From: Vitrella brassicaformis CCMP3155
Taxonomy: Eukaryota > Protista > Chromerida
DNA: 64,000 nucleotides
Assembly: GCA_001179505.1 (NCBI GenBank)
Contig: CDMY01000376.1
Location: 310,001 to 374,000, forward strand
Direction of reading: 5' to 3'
The number at the start of each line of letters is the position of its first letter. The stretch's first letter is position 1. Positions 12,896 through 25,532 of the stretch are shown piece by piece. The position numbers and the translations under genes are program-made. Under the pieces are notes generated by a model. It was not told where the DNA came from and did no database searches. It saw only the letters and a program-made list of their open reading frames with translations.

Positions 12896-13471
12896 CTGAG
12901 AGGTGGTGGTGCACGTGGAGAGGTCCAAGGTACGGTCAATGGATTGGAAATACAATCACAACAGAACCTTCTTGCCTTTTGGAGAAAGAAGGAGGGTACA
13001 AAATCAGCGGATGAACGAGATGATGTGCGGAGATGAATATCTGGCATACTCGACCGGCTCGCGTGGTTGTAAACAGGCGAGGCGAGATTTTCGAGACAAC
13101 CCCTGCAAACCCTTTATTTTTTGTGCATCCGGGAGGTTTCTCCACTCCGGCTTCTTTGCTGTTTACTTACCCTGGTGAAGCGGTGCATTTTCTGCGAAGG
13201 GTCGCCGTCCGAAGGAGCACGGGAGAGCCTCCGCCACTCGCCATCGGCCGCACCATCCCCACACACAGACCAGCTACAGCCACAGCAGCAGCAGCCTCCG
13301 CAACAAGCTGGTCAGGTCGGTGGAGCGGCCGACGAGAAGGGCGGCGCCTCCATCAATAACCTCTTCACAAGAGCTACGGGTGTTACATGGTACATAGGGA
13401 CGGAGGGGGAGGGAGGGAGGCCAAATGTGGAGTGATGACGGGCATTGCGTGTGCGTGGCGGTGTGTGATCA

Positions 13472-14640
13472 GGCAGAGGTAGAGGCGAACCCCTTGGACG
13501 TCCAGAAGGTCCTCATCGACATCGCCCGCGAAAATGGCGACAGCACTGCTCTGGTCAAGATCCGTCAGCAGCTGGCTGCCCATGCACCGATGGGTCAAGA
13601 CTTCTGGACGGAATGGATCAGCGGTAAATACGTCCACACGTACAGACACACGTGAGGACAGACAGACAGACAGACAGCTGAGAGCCTACGATTGCTCACG
13701 TGCGTCTGTCGGTTTCGCTCCCAGACATGATTGACGCCGACTCTCCTCCGCCCGAGGTGCTCGAGGTGTGCAAGCAGTCGGTGGAGTTGGCGCCCTCCAC
13801 CAGCTGCTGGCTGCAGTCCCTCCACCTCGTCGAGACAACTGTACCATCGGTAAGCAGAACCAACCACAACCACACACACCAACCCACACACACATTCACG
13901 CCAAGGCGACCACTTGTTTGTCTTGTCTGTCTGTCTGTCCATCAGGTCGGTGTGGAGCAGGTGCGTGGCTTCTACGAGCAGGCCGTTCGTGACGTCGGCC
14001 ACCACCCTGTCGACGGCGCCAATGGACCGCATGGCGTGAGTATGAGAGCCGAGTGTGCGCTGGCGAGGGAGAGGGCCGCAACGAGGCGCAGGTGATGATG
14101 ATCCGCCGGCTCTTCCACACAGAGCTGCGGCTTCCGCTCAGCGAGCTGGACAAGACTCTGCGCGCGTACCGGTCAGTCAGTGAGCGGGACGGGACACCGA
14201 GGGAGGGAGGTATTGCACTTGTGTGTCTGTCTGTGCGCAGTTTGTGGGAGGAGCAGCGCCGAACGAGCTCAAGTGCGGGTTCGATGAGGCGGAGGCCTGC
14301 TACGCCACATCGGAAAGGACGAGTGGGACAAGCGGTAGGAACTCGAGGTGAAGATCTGCAACCCCAAGATACCTTAAGAGGTGAGCGAGAAACCGAGAGA
14401 GCCCACCAACCAGCACATCGAGTGCGCATCCATCCATCCGTCCGTCCGTCCGTCGATTTGGTTGTGTGGTTCACTCATTCAGGAGTTGGCGGCGACATGG
14501 GACGTTACCTGGGTGTGGAGCTGTGTGAGAGCGACCCCAAGCGCATCCTCCTCACCTACCAGCGTGCCACCCTCGCAATGCCGCATCGACTGGACCTATG
14601 GCTCCAGCCCACAACGCCCACAACGACTTACGAATTGACT
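13472..14640 (+). pseudogene. SART3/Prp24-like HAT (half-a-TPR) repeat gene fragment, copy A, frameshifted
   Basis: HAT-like segments FWTEWIS, QVRGFYEQAVRDVG, WTAWREYESRV, IRRLFHTELRLPL and WGRYLGVELCESDPKRILLTYQRATLAMPHRLDLWLQ. Frame breaks relative to copy B or the HAT consensus at ~14021, ~14257 and ~14500. Confidence 0.65.
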
Positions 14641-15039
14641 GGATGCACTTGCCGTATGTATGCAGGTATCTGGGGATACAATTGTTAGATGTGTCCAATA
14701 CCGGTAAGCACACAGAGAGGCAAGACACATCCAACAAACAGGTTGGCGAGAATGCTCCCACCGAGCCTATCGGACATCGTTCTCGTCGAAGCAAGGTGAC
14801 TACACTAAGATCACAGGTAGAGCGTGGCAGCGTGCCGAGCATGATCCAGGGTGCTGCCCGGCTCCGTGTTTGTGATGTCAAGATTCATATCGCCGGGTGG
14901 CTTTGTCATCTGAAGTCAAAGCACAAGGAAAGCGACATCCGTGAAGCGGCGCGCCACGTGACCCTCGTGTGAGACGCTCGACACACACAACAAGATCGAC
15001 GGCCCGTTCCAAATGTCAGTGTCTCTCTTCTATCTATTC

Positions 15040-16200
15040 ATGGAAAATGCAGAGCGTGTGGATGACGCCCACGGCAGCGGACACCGCAGCGTGAAGGCTG
15101 GTCGGGTGAGGGTGGGGAGGACAGCTGCAGGTGGCTTGGGCGCCCGCGGGAGGGAGGGAAGGAGGGAGAAAGGGAGGGAGGGACAGAAACTTTTGTGATG
15201 ACGCTGTTGTGTGTGTGTTTGTGTATTGGTGGTGTGTGTTTGTGTTCAGATGGCTGTGGCGAAGAACCCATCGGGCCTGCACAACGGCACGACGACAGCG
15301 ACCTGGTGGCCGAGACTCAAAGACTGCTGGCTGCATACGCTCCCGCGGGCGACGAATTCTGGACTGAGTGGATCTCCAGTAAGTCCACACACAGCCACAC
15401 ACCCGAAATGGATATCGCCGACTCATCCTCTCTATTGCCGTGTTGCTCGCAGATGCCCTCGACAACCACCGTGATGTGCAGGAGGTCGTCGAGCTGGGCA
15501 AGCGGGGGGTTGAGCTGGCCCCCTCCGCCGCCTGCTGGATCGCTTACCTGCACGTCCTGGAGTCGCAACCGTCGGTAAGTTGCCGCGCGCGGAGAGCCAC
15601 ACGCCAACGTCTGTCTGTATGTCTGTCAGATGACTGTGGGGAAGATGCGGCAGGTCTATGAGCAGGCAGTGGACGCAGTGGGGCACCATGCCGTGGAGGG
15701 CCCCAAGATGTGGGCTGCCTGGCGAGAGTATGAGGCCCGCGTGTGCGCAAAGGGGAGCGGGGAGAAGGGGGACCACACACAGGCGATCCGCCGCCTCTTC
15801 CACCGACAGCTTGCACTGCCACTAAACGGAATCCACAAGACGCTGCGGGAGTACCGGTCAGTGAGCGGGACCCACAAAGAGCGAGGGCGTGCCTCACACG
15901 TGTATGCAGCGCCCGTGTGTGTGTGTGTGTGTGTTGGTTGTGTGTGCAGATCGTGGGAGGATAGGCTGCCTGAGGGCCTCAGGACGCCATGTGAGGCGGG
16001 TGAGGCGGCATATGCCCACGAACTCATTCAGTTCCTGCTTGTTTGTGCATCCCATTTATTCATGGTCAGAGTGATGCGTCTGCAGCGTGCAGTCCCATGT
16101 ACAACACCGTCAAGGCCATCGTGGACGACCGCCGCCTCACTGAGATGCGCGTCACACGCTACCCGGCCGTGTGTGTGACTCGGACGGTATGTGTGGCCCC
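15040..16200 (+). pseudogene. SART3/Prp24-like HAT repeat gene fragment, copy B, truncated and probably frameshifted
   Basis: Same exon series as copy A: DEFWTEWIS|, ELGKRGVELAPSAACWIAYLHVLE|, KMRQVYEQAVDAVGHHAVEGPKMWAAWREYEARV...AIRRLFHRQLALPL. There is an out-of-frame deletion in the exon at ~15250-15290. No RRM-containing C-terminus follows. Confidence 0.6.
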
Positions 16201-17000
16201 CCAGGGGGGCATTGCTGCCTGCATTTTATATTTCCGCGGCTTATCTTCACGCCACGACAGACTTGCATATTATGTACCTGAGACATGAGTGGATTAAGTG
16301 TCCTTCCGTTCGTGTCTCTCTCACACACACACACGTGTGGTCACAAATAAGTAGTATGAATGCGACAGAGACACAAACGTACTCACATGCACGGCCAATG
16401 CACACTTCCTGTAGACTCCATGCATCGCATCCACCCAGCCATCCATGCTACATACGTACTTACAAACCATCGCTTCTTTCCACATACGACAGCTGCATGC
16501 TCAGCTGCTTCTCCAGCTTTTTGCCACCAGCCTGCACACCCCCCACCACTCGGTGGCCGTTGATCATAGCCGTCGTGCGTGTGAAATCGTCCATCAGCCA
16601 ACGGGTATAAAATGTAGGCGGCGATATTTATCTGACCGATCGAAGGAGAGAGACACACATATTCGCTCACACTGATGGCGCAAGCCATAGATATCCCTCT
16701 CTGACAACTGACATACCGGTCGCGGCTTGCTCCTGGCTGGCCCTGCGCCCAGCGAAGTCCTCCGTCTCTTGGCGCTGTTGGCGATCTGCAACCCACTGCC
16801 ATGAATCCCTTATATCCGTCACGCAGCAGATATATGAAACGGTAGCTCTGCTTAAGAACACAGAGGAAGGACATTAACACAACACACACATGTGGTGCTG
16901 AGAGGAGGGAGGGCATGTATCTATCGTTCCGCCGGCGCCCCACCCACCTGCTCACACGGCACCTTCCAGCTATTGAAGACCTTTAGCAGCTGCATCAACT

Positions 17001-18040
17001 CTACGGCAACGATATGAGCTTTCCGACGCTCTCGGAATGCAGGCGGGTGTGAGGGGCTGAGAAAGGCGGATATGAGGACATCAGCTGGGGGTCACCGATG
17101 ACGGGAACAGGCAGCGGCACGGGAGGATAGTGCGATGGCGGCGGCGACACGAATGAGTGTTGCAGTGGAGGCGCATGCATCGCGCCATAGTCCACAGGAA
17201 GCAGCAGGGGAACGGTCGGCGGCGCCGTGATGTCGACGGGAGTGCTCTTGCCGGTTTCCACAGTGGGGCACTCTCATGCTGTCGGCCTGAGGCCCGGCCA
17301 CCTTCTTCACCGTCATGTCCAGGATGTCCGCAGGCTGAGCGGGACCCCCATGTGTCTCATTCCCGTTCTTGGAGTTCTTGGAGTTCCGGTGGTCTTGCAC
17401 GGGGCGGGGGAACACACAAAGACTGAGATACACAAAAATCTGAGATACACACACGCACACAAGAAGACCACACACAAGAAGACGCATGGTTCCATGTCTG
17501 TGTGTGTCCCCCATCCCGTGCTGCACTAGCCATACACACCTGCCTCTGTGGCTCGGGGACTTTGGCCGAACAGGTAGGCGATGCTGCCCCGGGTGCTGGC
17601 AGGCATTGATGATGGTGCACCAGCTGCTGGTACCCAGCCACAGCCGTTGAGTTGGCTATCTTGTGGTGGGCCAGCTGCTGGCGCACGTGGGCGTTTGGCT
17701 GCTCGGGGTAGGCCGCCACAGCACCCTGATCGGTACTCACAACATACACCAACAACACACAATACAAACAGACACCGGTGCCTTGTCTCGTGTATGTTGT
17801 GTACCGTATTCCTTCGGTATGGGCATGTCCGAGCCGCCCACCATGCCCACCCACCAGCGACCCGCAGCGAAGTAGAGGTCCATGTTGCCGGTGGGCAGGA
17901 TGATGGGCTGGCCCGGCCACACGCGGATCTGGCGGGCGATCGGCACGGCTACGCATCTAAACCACACATACAGCCGCACCCGCAGCTCTGGGCAGGGCTG
18001 CGGGTCCCAAATGGTCACCAGCTCGCGTATGAATATTCAT
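17001..18040 (-). CDS. Hypothetical proline-rich protein (multi-exon; may extend to ~16400)
   Basis: Coding-like exons flanked by GT/AG and microsatellite introns: IRVWPGQPIILPTGNMDLYFAAGRWWVGMVGGSDMPIPKEY, QGAVAAYPEQPNAH..., DHRNSKNSKNGNETHGG and a Pro-rich last exon. No family recognised. Confidence 0.45.
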
Positions 18041-18415
18041 CTGCAGACAGGAAGGAAGAGAGGAAGAGACACATCAGATACACCCATCATGCATTCACAC
18101 ACGTATTGATGTGTGGAGGCATCTGCTTACTCGTGATTGTAGTCGCCGCGTGAAGTTGAGTAGTCCGCCACGTACGGCAGGTAGTACTCGAGCCTCCTCA
18201 AGAATTGCAGCAACCAAGAGGCACAGACAAGTACGTACGTGCAGGAACCAACGAGTACGCGTCGATGGCTGCGCGGACTCGTCTGTGCATATTGGATGGA
18301 TGGATGGATGCACTGCTATGTGCTCATTCACAACTTACCACATGTGTGTTGCTGTAGTGGGGGGGGCGGCCGAGAATGCACCAATAGGCACCATCCACCG
18401 GCTCGTTTGCAGCAG

Positions 18416-18760
18416 CTACTCGTAAAAGAATTCGTCGTCGGAGGAGTCGGGCTCCTCTTCCTTCGGCAGTTTGTCGTCCTTGTCGATGTCCGCCTTCCAC
18501 TTGCCCTGGTTGACCAGCTTGCGGATGTGCCTCACTCTACAAATAACCATGCAATGCAATTGCATCACGGCCCTGCCTGCTGTGGGCTCTGTGTGCATGC
18601 CTGTATCCGTACCGGCACTCCTTCATCTTCCTGATGTCCAGATGGTCCATTCCCAGCATCTGGCCTTTGCCGCCCCCCTTTTTGGCCTCGTTTGTGGGGA
18701 CGAGGCCACACACATACATGTACTGACCTGACGAAGGTCTTCTTGATGGGAGAAGGTGCG
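18416..18760 (-). CDS. Small hypothetical protein (start not determined)
   Basis: Spliced exons AKKGGGKGQMLGMDHLDIRKMKECR|VRHIRKLVNQGKWKADIDKDDKLPKEEEPDSSDDEFFYE* with strong C/G third-position bias. Confidence 0.5.
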
Positions 18761-18944
18761 CGCACACCGAGTGATAGCAGACAGGCGCCCGGCAGAAGGG
18801 CGCCACCAGGCCGGCACCAACGGACGAGTTGGGAGCGGTGGAAGGGGAATGCCGGTTTGCGCTGTCTCCGTCTCATCGCGAAATAATCTCGTCGCGCAGG
18901 CGAGGAAACAGCCTAGAAGCTGACGGAAAACAAAAGACGAGACG

Positions 18945-19244
18945 NNNNNNNNNNNNNNNNNNNNNNNNNNNNNNNNNNNNNNNNNNNNNNNNNNNNNNNN
19001 NNNNNNNNNNNNNNNNNNNNNNNNNNNNNNNNNNNNNNNNNNNNNNNNNNNNNNNNNNNNNNNNNNNNNNNNNNNNNNNNNNNNNNNNNNNNNNNNNNNN
19101 NNNNNNNNNNNNNNNNNNNNNNNNNNNNNNNNNNNNNNNNNNNNNNNNNNNNNNNNNNNNNNNNNNNNNNNNNNNNNNNNNNNNNNNNNNNNNNNNNNNN
19201 NNNNNNNNNNNNNNNNNNNNNNNNNNNNNNNNNNNNNNNNNNNN
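18945..19244. other. Assembly gap (300 N)
   Basis: Run of exactly 300 N. Confidence 0.99.
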
Positions 19245-19440
19245 GCTCGCGCCTCCAGCGTTTCTCGCTCCTCTTTTCCCCCTCCTCTTTTTCCCCCCGC
19301 TGGGCGTGACGTGCCGCCCTCATCCAATCCGATCTTCCTTGAGTGTCGTTGAAGACCTTCGCCTCGGCTTCCCTCGAGAACACAGGACTGAGCAACGGTG
19401 CCGGCGGCAGCAGCAGCAGGAGCCGAAGCCGAAGCCGATC

Positions 19441-20637
19441 ATGATGCTTTTGCCGGGTTTGATCTCTCTCGCCATCCCCGCCTTGTCGGCAGCCGAGCTC
19501 TCCCTCGTGTCATTTGACAAAAAGTTCGACAGCCTTATAGCCAGCAAGAAGCCAGAGCTAGTGGGAGAGGGCTACTCGTGGACGGAGGGCCCCCTGTGGG
19601 TGGATTCCCTCAAGGGCGTGCTCTTCACGGACGTTGAGGAAGCCGTTGTCCGCCTGTACCAGGAGGGCGACGTGACGGAATTCCTGCTCGAGAGTGGAGG
19701 GGTGGCGCTGGGCGACGGCGGCAGGAAGGAAGTGGGCGCCAACGGGCTGGCGCTGCACCCGTCCAAGGAGGACTCGCACCTCTATCTCGCGCAGCACGGG
19801 CTGCGGCAAGTGGCGAGGCTGGATATCAGCAAGGTCTCTGAGGACGGTACCGTCCCTGCCTCCGCCTTTCAGGCCATTGCAACCGAGTTCAACGGCACGA
19901 GTCTCAACTCGCCCAACGATCTGGCCTTCACGTGTGACGGCGACCTGCTGTTTACCGACCCCCCTTATGGCCTCACACCCAAGGGCGGAGAGGACAAGGA
20001 CGAGCTGTCCGACCTTGGCTTCTTCGGCGTCTACCATGTGGCTGCCAAGGCCCTGAAGGACCCCAAGTCCCTCCCCGCCTCCCCCACTCTTCTGTACCAG
20101 CACATCAGCCGCCCCAACGGCATCGGCGTGTCGCCCGATGGCAAGTGGCTCTACGTCGGCGAGTCGGGCAACGACATGCGGTGGCTGGCTTTCGAGATCA
20201 AGTCCACCAAGCCGTTCACAGTGGGCGAGCCCATGCTTCTGGTCGACACAGAGGAGAGGAAGACCGCAACGGAGACCGAGGACGGGGGGTCTGTGGATGG
20301 GCTGGACATCGCATCAGACGGCACCATCTTCGCATCGGGGCCGTCGGGCGTCTACGTCATCGCCCCGCCCAAGGGGTACCCCAAGGCGGTTCCGAGCAGC
20401 GACGAGCGGGAGGTCACCGCAGCTGGTGAGCCGATCAACAAGACACTGGGCTCCAAGGTGCTGGGCAAGATCGAGATCGGCGTGCCGGTGTCCAACGCTC
20501 ACATTGGGGCGGATGGCTACCTGTACATGACGGGCACTGAGAGTCTGTGGCGCGTCAAGCTGAGTTCCTCGGTGAAGCCGGCGTCTTGCTCTAAAGGTGG
20601 GGGGATGGGGATGAGCAAGGGAGGGGGAGAGCTGTGA
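19441..20637 (+). CDS. Secreted SMP-30/gluconolactonase/LRE-family six-bladed beta-propeller, intronless
   Basis: Signal-peptide-like MMLLPGLISLAIPALSAAEL, then GYSWTEGPLW, GANGLAL, LAQHGLRQVARL, LNSPNDL, FTDPPYGL, ELSDLGFFGVY, RPNGIGVSPDGKWLYV and DGLDIASDGTIFASGPSGVYVI. Single uninterrupted ORF. Confidence 0.92.
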   Translation: MMLLPGLISLAIPALSAAELSLVSFDKKFDSLIASKKPELVGEGYSWTEGPLWVDSLKGVLFTDVEEAVVRLYQEGDVTEFLLESGGVALGDGGRKEVGANGLALHPSKEDSHLYLAQHGLRQVARLDISKVSEDGTVPASAFQAIATEFNGTSLNSPNDLAFTCDGDLLFTDPPYGLTPKGGEDKDELSDLGFFGVYHVAAKALKDPKSLPASPTLLYQHISRPNGIGVSPDGKWLYVGESGNDMRWLAFEIKSTKPFTVGEPMLLVDTEERKTATETEDGGSVDGLDIASDGTIFASGPSGVYVIAPPKGYPKAVPSSDEREVTAAGEPINKTLGSKVLGKIEIGVPVSNAHIGADGYLYMTGTESLWRVKLSSSVKPASCSKGGGMGMSKGGGEL

Positions 20638-21398
20638 AGAGAGAGAGGGATTGAGAGGGAGGGAGAGGGAGAGACGCGAGGCTGTACGGCTGTGTGTTGT
20701 TTGCGAAAAGAAGCTGTGAATATACTGTGACATGTGAACGTTCCAAAGACTCTTCTCTGTCTGTCAATGTGTGTGTGGTTCTCGCCTTCAGCTTTGCGTT
20801 GATATCAACCGATGCCGTCCGTTCAGCACCACCGGGGCGGCGCGACGGCCATACAACCAACCATCTATACAATATCCCTCCCTGTGGATTGATGGGTACG
20901 ACAGATGGACAGACAGGGCGGCATAGTATCGATACGATACACACATTCTTGATACGATGCCCCCCCGCACCGCACCTAGCATGTACAGTCATCCTTCCTT
21001 TGCTGGTGGTTTTGCCTTGCCCGTCTCACTTGGGGGTCGACCCACTAATTCGCTCAAGGGACTGACTGGACTTGGCTCGACACTTAGGATCGGACGCGAG
21101 CAAGTCAGTCGGTTCAGCAGGCAGGTGTGCAGGGCTGCAGAAGTGTTTTTTCGTTGTGCAAAGCTAGAATTATGTGGTGTGATGTGTTTCGACCGGTGGA
21201 CTGCTGATAGATAAAATGACGGGCGTGATGTGAGAAAGGCAACGAACGGCAAATCCCCTTCACCGTCAATCGGAATTGTTCAGACACGCACACGCGCAGA
21301 GACACGGACGGACACACATGAACGAAGTCACCCCCACCCCACCCCGACCCTCCTGCCGGCATTGAAACACGACACTCTCCTCGCCCAACAAGATGAGA

Positions 21399-24300
21399 TC
21401 ATCTGCTGCTCTTGGACGAGTCCGAATCTGAGTCCGAGTCAGAGCTGCTCGAGGAAGAACTGGACGAAGACTCCTCCTTCTGCACACACATGACATGGGC
21501 TCTGTCTGTCACGTCGACCGTCTGTGTGAGCGTGTTCGGCCAGCCCACCTTACTTACCTTGGCCTGCATTTTCATCTTCATTTTCATCATTTCTGTCTGT
21601 TGTGTCTGCAGCTCCTCGCGCAGCCTCTCGGTGAGGCCCCCCAGACCGATGGCCGTGAAGAAGTTGATGGCGAACCGAATGTTCTTCGGGTGATCCGTCG
21701 GGAAGATGCCCTGCATGGGATGGCATGCATGTGATAGGCACACCCACACAGTGCAGTGCAAACAGGCACATCAAAAGGAGAGAGGAGGGGGTGCACTGTG
21801 GTTACTTACGTCGTAGTATTGCTTCATGGTGGGGTCCTGGAGTCGCTTGTCGAGCTCGGCCAAACCCAGATGCTCACTCAACTCCTGCCGCAACACACAC
21901 ACGGACAGGACACACCACACGCAGAGTGTGCCGTGCTATGCCAAGCACAGCCGGCCAGCCCAAAGAGCACCGCACCTGGAAGAGGATCTTGATGAAGATT
22001 CGTGAGGAAGAGGTGGTGGTCTCCTCGGTCAAACGGATGTGAATCAGAACCGTCCACGGCAACGCATCTGCACCACCACACCACACACACATACCACAGC
22101 CCCACTGAGTGAGTGGTCAGGGGGACCCCCAGTGCTTCCTTCCTCCCTGACCAGCTGACTGACCAGTGTAGATGAGGTGTGCGAAGAACTTGGCTGTGTT
22201 GCGCAGCTTGTTGGTCTCTAGACGATGCACCTGCGCACCGCACCCAGACAGACACACGGACAGGAAAGGACAGGACAGGAGGGGGGACGGGACGGAATGC
22301 ACGTGTGCCTTGTGAGAGTGTCTGTCGCCCAGCCCATGCCGCCCCTCGCGCACTCACCGTTTGGTATTGCTTGACGAAGCACTCGGCGAATGCCTCCTGG
22401 TAGACCTGGTTGATGCGGCACAGCCGCTCCCCCTGGAGGGCGAAGAACCGCTGGAACGTCCGCTCCTGGGCGCAGCAGTCGATGAGCATGGTGCACACCT
22501 CCATCTCGTGACCCTCCTGCACACCACAACCACACACGGATACGGACACATCCGCCCCGCCCCGCCCTCGTGTTGACTACTAGCGGGTGCATGGAGGGAG
22601 GGATGGTTCACAAGCTGACCCGTACCTTGATGTTGAGTTTCATGAGTTTGTGTACGCATTCCTCAAAGTTGAGGGAGGACATGATGGCGAGGTAGACGGT
22701 GCGGCGGAGGTTGATGAGGTCCTGCTCCGTGTAGTCGACGATCTTCTCCGCCGCCTTCTCCATCTCCTCCTGCACACCACCAGCACATCACAGCCAAGGG
22801 CAGAGCGTCTGTTGTGCGGTGAGTGAGTGAGTGCGTGGTTGTCTTTGGCTTGCTGACGTCTTCGCCCTCGTCATCCTCTTCTGAATCCTCACTAGACCCC
22901 TCGCCGCCACCTGACCAGCCAACAAATGAAATGGAGGGCATACGCACAGGCACAGCGAGCGACCCATGTGGATGGATGGATGGATGCGACACGCGTGTGT
23001 GTGTGTGTGTGTCTGTCTGTGCCCACGGACCTTCATCGCCCTCGCCGAGTATCTCCTTGGAGATGCGCTTCCACTCCTCATCCTCAGCCTTGTACTCCTG
23101 CACACACATACCCACATGTCAGTCATGGTGCCATGCCATCAATTAAGAGTCCCTCCCTCGCCCCTCGGCGGCTGGCTCCTTGTCTCATTCCCTCACTGAC
23201 CGATGCCTTTTTGGGTTTGAAGATGTTGAGCATTTCGTCGCCCTTGATCTCATTGTCCAGCAGGTCGATCTCGTGAGTGATCTGGTCGTCCTCCTCAACC
23301 AGGTCCAGCTCCTTGATGACGCCCACAAAGTCCGCAAACTGCTTGCGACGCGTCTCGAACAGCTTCTCTATCACGTACTGCACGCGCTTGTCGATCTCGC
23401 CCTCGTGCAATATCGCCCGGAAACGCTCGAAGATCGCGTGCATCCCTGGTGGGAGGGAGTGACAAACACGACAGACACGCAGCGGTGGATGGATGGATGG
23501 ATGCATGTGTGTGTGCGTCTGGGGGGGAGGGGAGGGGAGGGGAGAAAGGAATCAGATCTGACCTTGTGGAGCGATTTGAGTGAGCACTTGTCCGCACTCC
23601 TGAATGAATCCGACGGCCACCTCGCAGCTGTCGTCGGTCACCTCGTCCAGCAGCAGCGTCACCATCTGCAGCGCCAGCAGCTCGCTGGCCACCTTCTGGT
23701 TCACCTGATGCAATGCCACATGGGTTCACACACACGGACACAGACAGACAGACAGACAGACAGACAAGTGCAGCCGAGCCGAGCGTGGTGTGCCTGTTGC
23801 TCTCTGTGTCCTCTGTGTGCGCTCTGTGTGTCCTCTGTGTGTGTGAGTGTCTAGGCACTGCACCATGTGGGCGAGGAACTTGATCACGGCGAGCAGAACG
23901 ATCTTGTCGTTACGACGGTACGCGCGCCTGCACAAACCCACACCCATCCACACCACACCACACAAGCAAGCATCCACCCATGGGCGGCACACGACACGTG
24001 TGTATGTATGTTTCTATCTTGTTCTTCGCCCTACCTACCTGAACTGCAGAATGACGCGTTTGATGATGAGCTCCCCCACGGCGGGCAGCTTGCTGTTGAC
24101 CACCGCCAGCAGCGCCGCGTAGACGTGGGTGAACCCGGGACTCGCCATCTGCGCACGCAGCAGCGAACGGGCGAACAAACCACGACCGCGAATCAAGTTC
24201 TCGCGAAACAACTCCTGATGGATTGAGAGGAAAGCACCGCAGGCAGCATCACATCGCACCACACACAACACCAGACAGACAGAAGTTGAGAATTGGCCGG

Positions 24301-25303
24301 CCGATGTGATCGATGTGCCCCCCACCCTTTCAACCCCGTTCATTGTGTCGGCCGCTTTGTACGTGCGTACCAGGACAAGGTTGGTGATGTTGTTGACGTT
24401 GACCTTGTTGACCAGCCCGTTGAGCGACTTGCGCAGCGCCTCCCAAGCCTCTCGCTGGAACTCGGGCGAGAACTCTTCCTTCTGGCCAATACCTTCCCGC
24501 AGCTTGGCCAGCTTGAACGGAGGGATGTACACGCCGCCCGTGCGGCCCAGCGACTCGAGCTCTACATGGGATATCTTGCGCTTCTTGTAGTCGTCCAGCT
24601 CCTTCTCCTCGTCACGACTCAGCGGCGGCTGGGCGCGACGACGCTCCTCGGGCGGAGGGGGAGAGCCGTTCATCGCTGACGACGCAGCTGCTGCTGCAGA
24701 CCTCTCGGCTGCAGCTGCGGGAGCGGGAGGGGCGTCGAGCGCGTCGCGTACGGCGGGGGCGGGGCCGTCTGGCTGCTTGTCCTTGTCCCGGTCCTTCTCT
24801 TCGTCGATCCTGCGCTTCTTGGGCGGCTCCTGTGTGTCCTCCCTCTGGCTGCTGGCTGCTGCCGATGCCGATGCCGATGCCGCAACGGTAGGTGGGACAG
24901 GTGGCGGGGGCATCATGGCGGCATCAGCTGCCGCCGCCGCCGCCTTGTCTGCCGTCCTGCCCTCCTCCTGCCCCTGCTGGTTGTCGTCAGGGTGCTTGCG
25001 CTTCCTCTCCTCCCGCCGCTTCTTGTCTCGCTTGCGTCTTCTGCGCTGCTCCTCGTCACTGCTGCTGCTGCTGCTGCTGTCAGAACTCCCGCTGCTGCCA
25101 CTCACATCCTTGTCCTTGCGATTGCGGCCGCGACCTTTGCTCCCCCTCCTCCGATCACCGGCATCATCCTCGTCGCGGCGAGACCTGCCTTCACGCCCTC
25201 GGCTCGGCTCATCACGCTCACGCCTGCCCCTCCTCTCGCCCTTCTGGTCGTCTAGCTCATCTTCGCCTCGACGACCACGGCCATTTCTCTCACGGTCACT
25301 CAT
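21399..25303 (-). CDS. CWC22: Pre-mRNA splicing factor CWC22 (MIF4G + MA3 domains)
   Basis: RS/acidic N-terminus, then [139 protein letters not shown] and [25 protein letters not shown]. Confidence 0.96.
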
Positions 25304-25532
25304 GCTGATGCGATACAGATCTACCAGGCCTTCAAACCGAGGGGGAAAATTTGGCTGCAAGCTCGCAGCTGAGCTCGCATCTCTGGGCGCCGCGAAACCC
25401 CTCCCGCAGCCGCGTGATTTTGAGGGCTTTGTCCGTCCTCTTCGCCCGCCGCCAGAGCCAGAGCCAGGCCAGATCTAGCGGCAGATTCGTCTTTCTGAGA
25501 TCTCTTGTGAGTGACCCTCAGCCAATCAACCA

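Noticed and set aside
16383-16955. 190-aa minus-strand ORF as a separate gene
   Set aside because: It begins in microsatellite/intron-like sequence, has weak codon bias and no motif. It may be 3' UTR or a tail exon of the 17001-18040 gene.
18829-19440. 602-aa ORF start upstream of the gluconolactonase
   Set aside because: The frame is only open because it passes through 300 N. The real start is most likely the signal-peptide ATG at 19441.
19441-20637. Gluconolactonase as bacterial contamination
   Set aside because: It is contiguous downstream with host-type microsatellite DNA and the CWC22 gene, and carries a signal peptide and host-like composition. HGT remains possible.
24777-25478. Long Ser/Arg/Ala-rich plus-strand ORFs over the CWC22 5' exon, and similar antisense ORFs throughout
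   Set aside because: They are mirror frames of GC-rich low-complexity coding sequence, and the opposite strand has clear family motifs.
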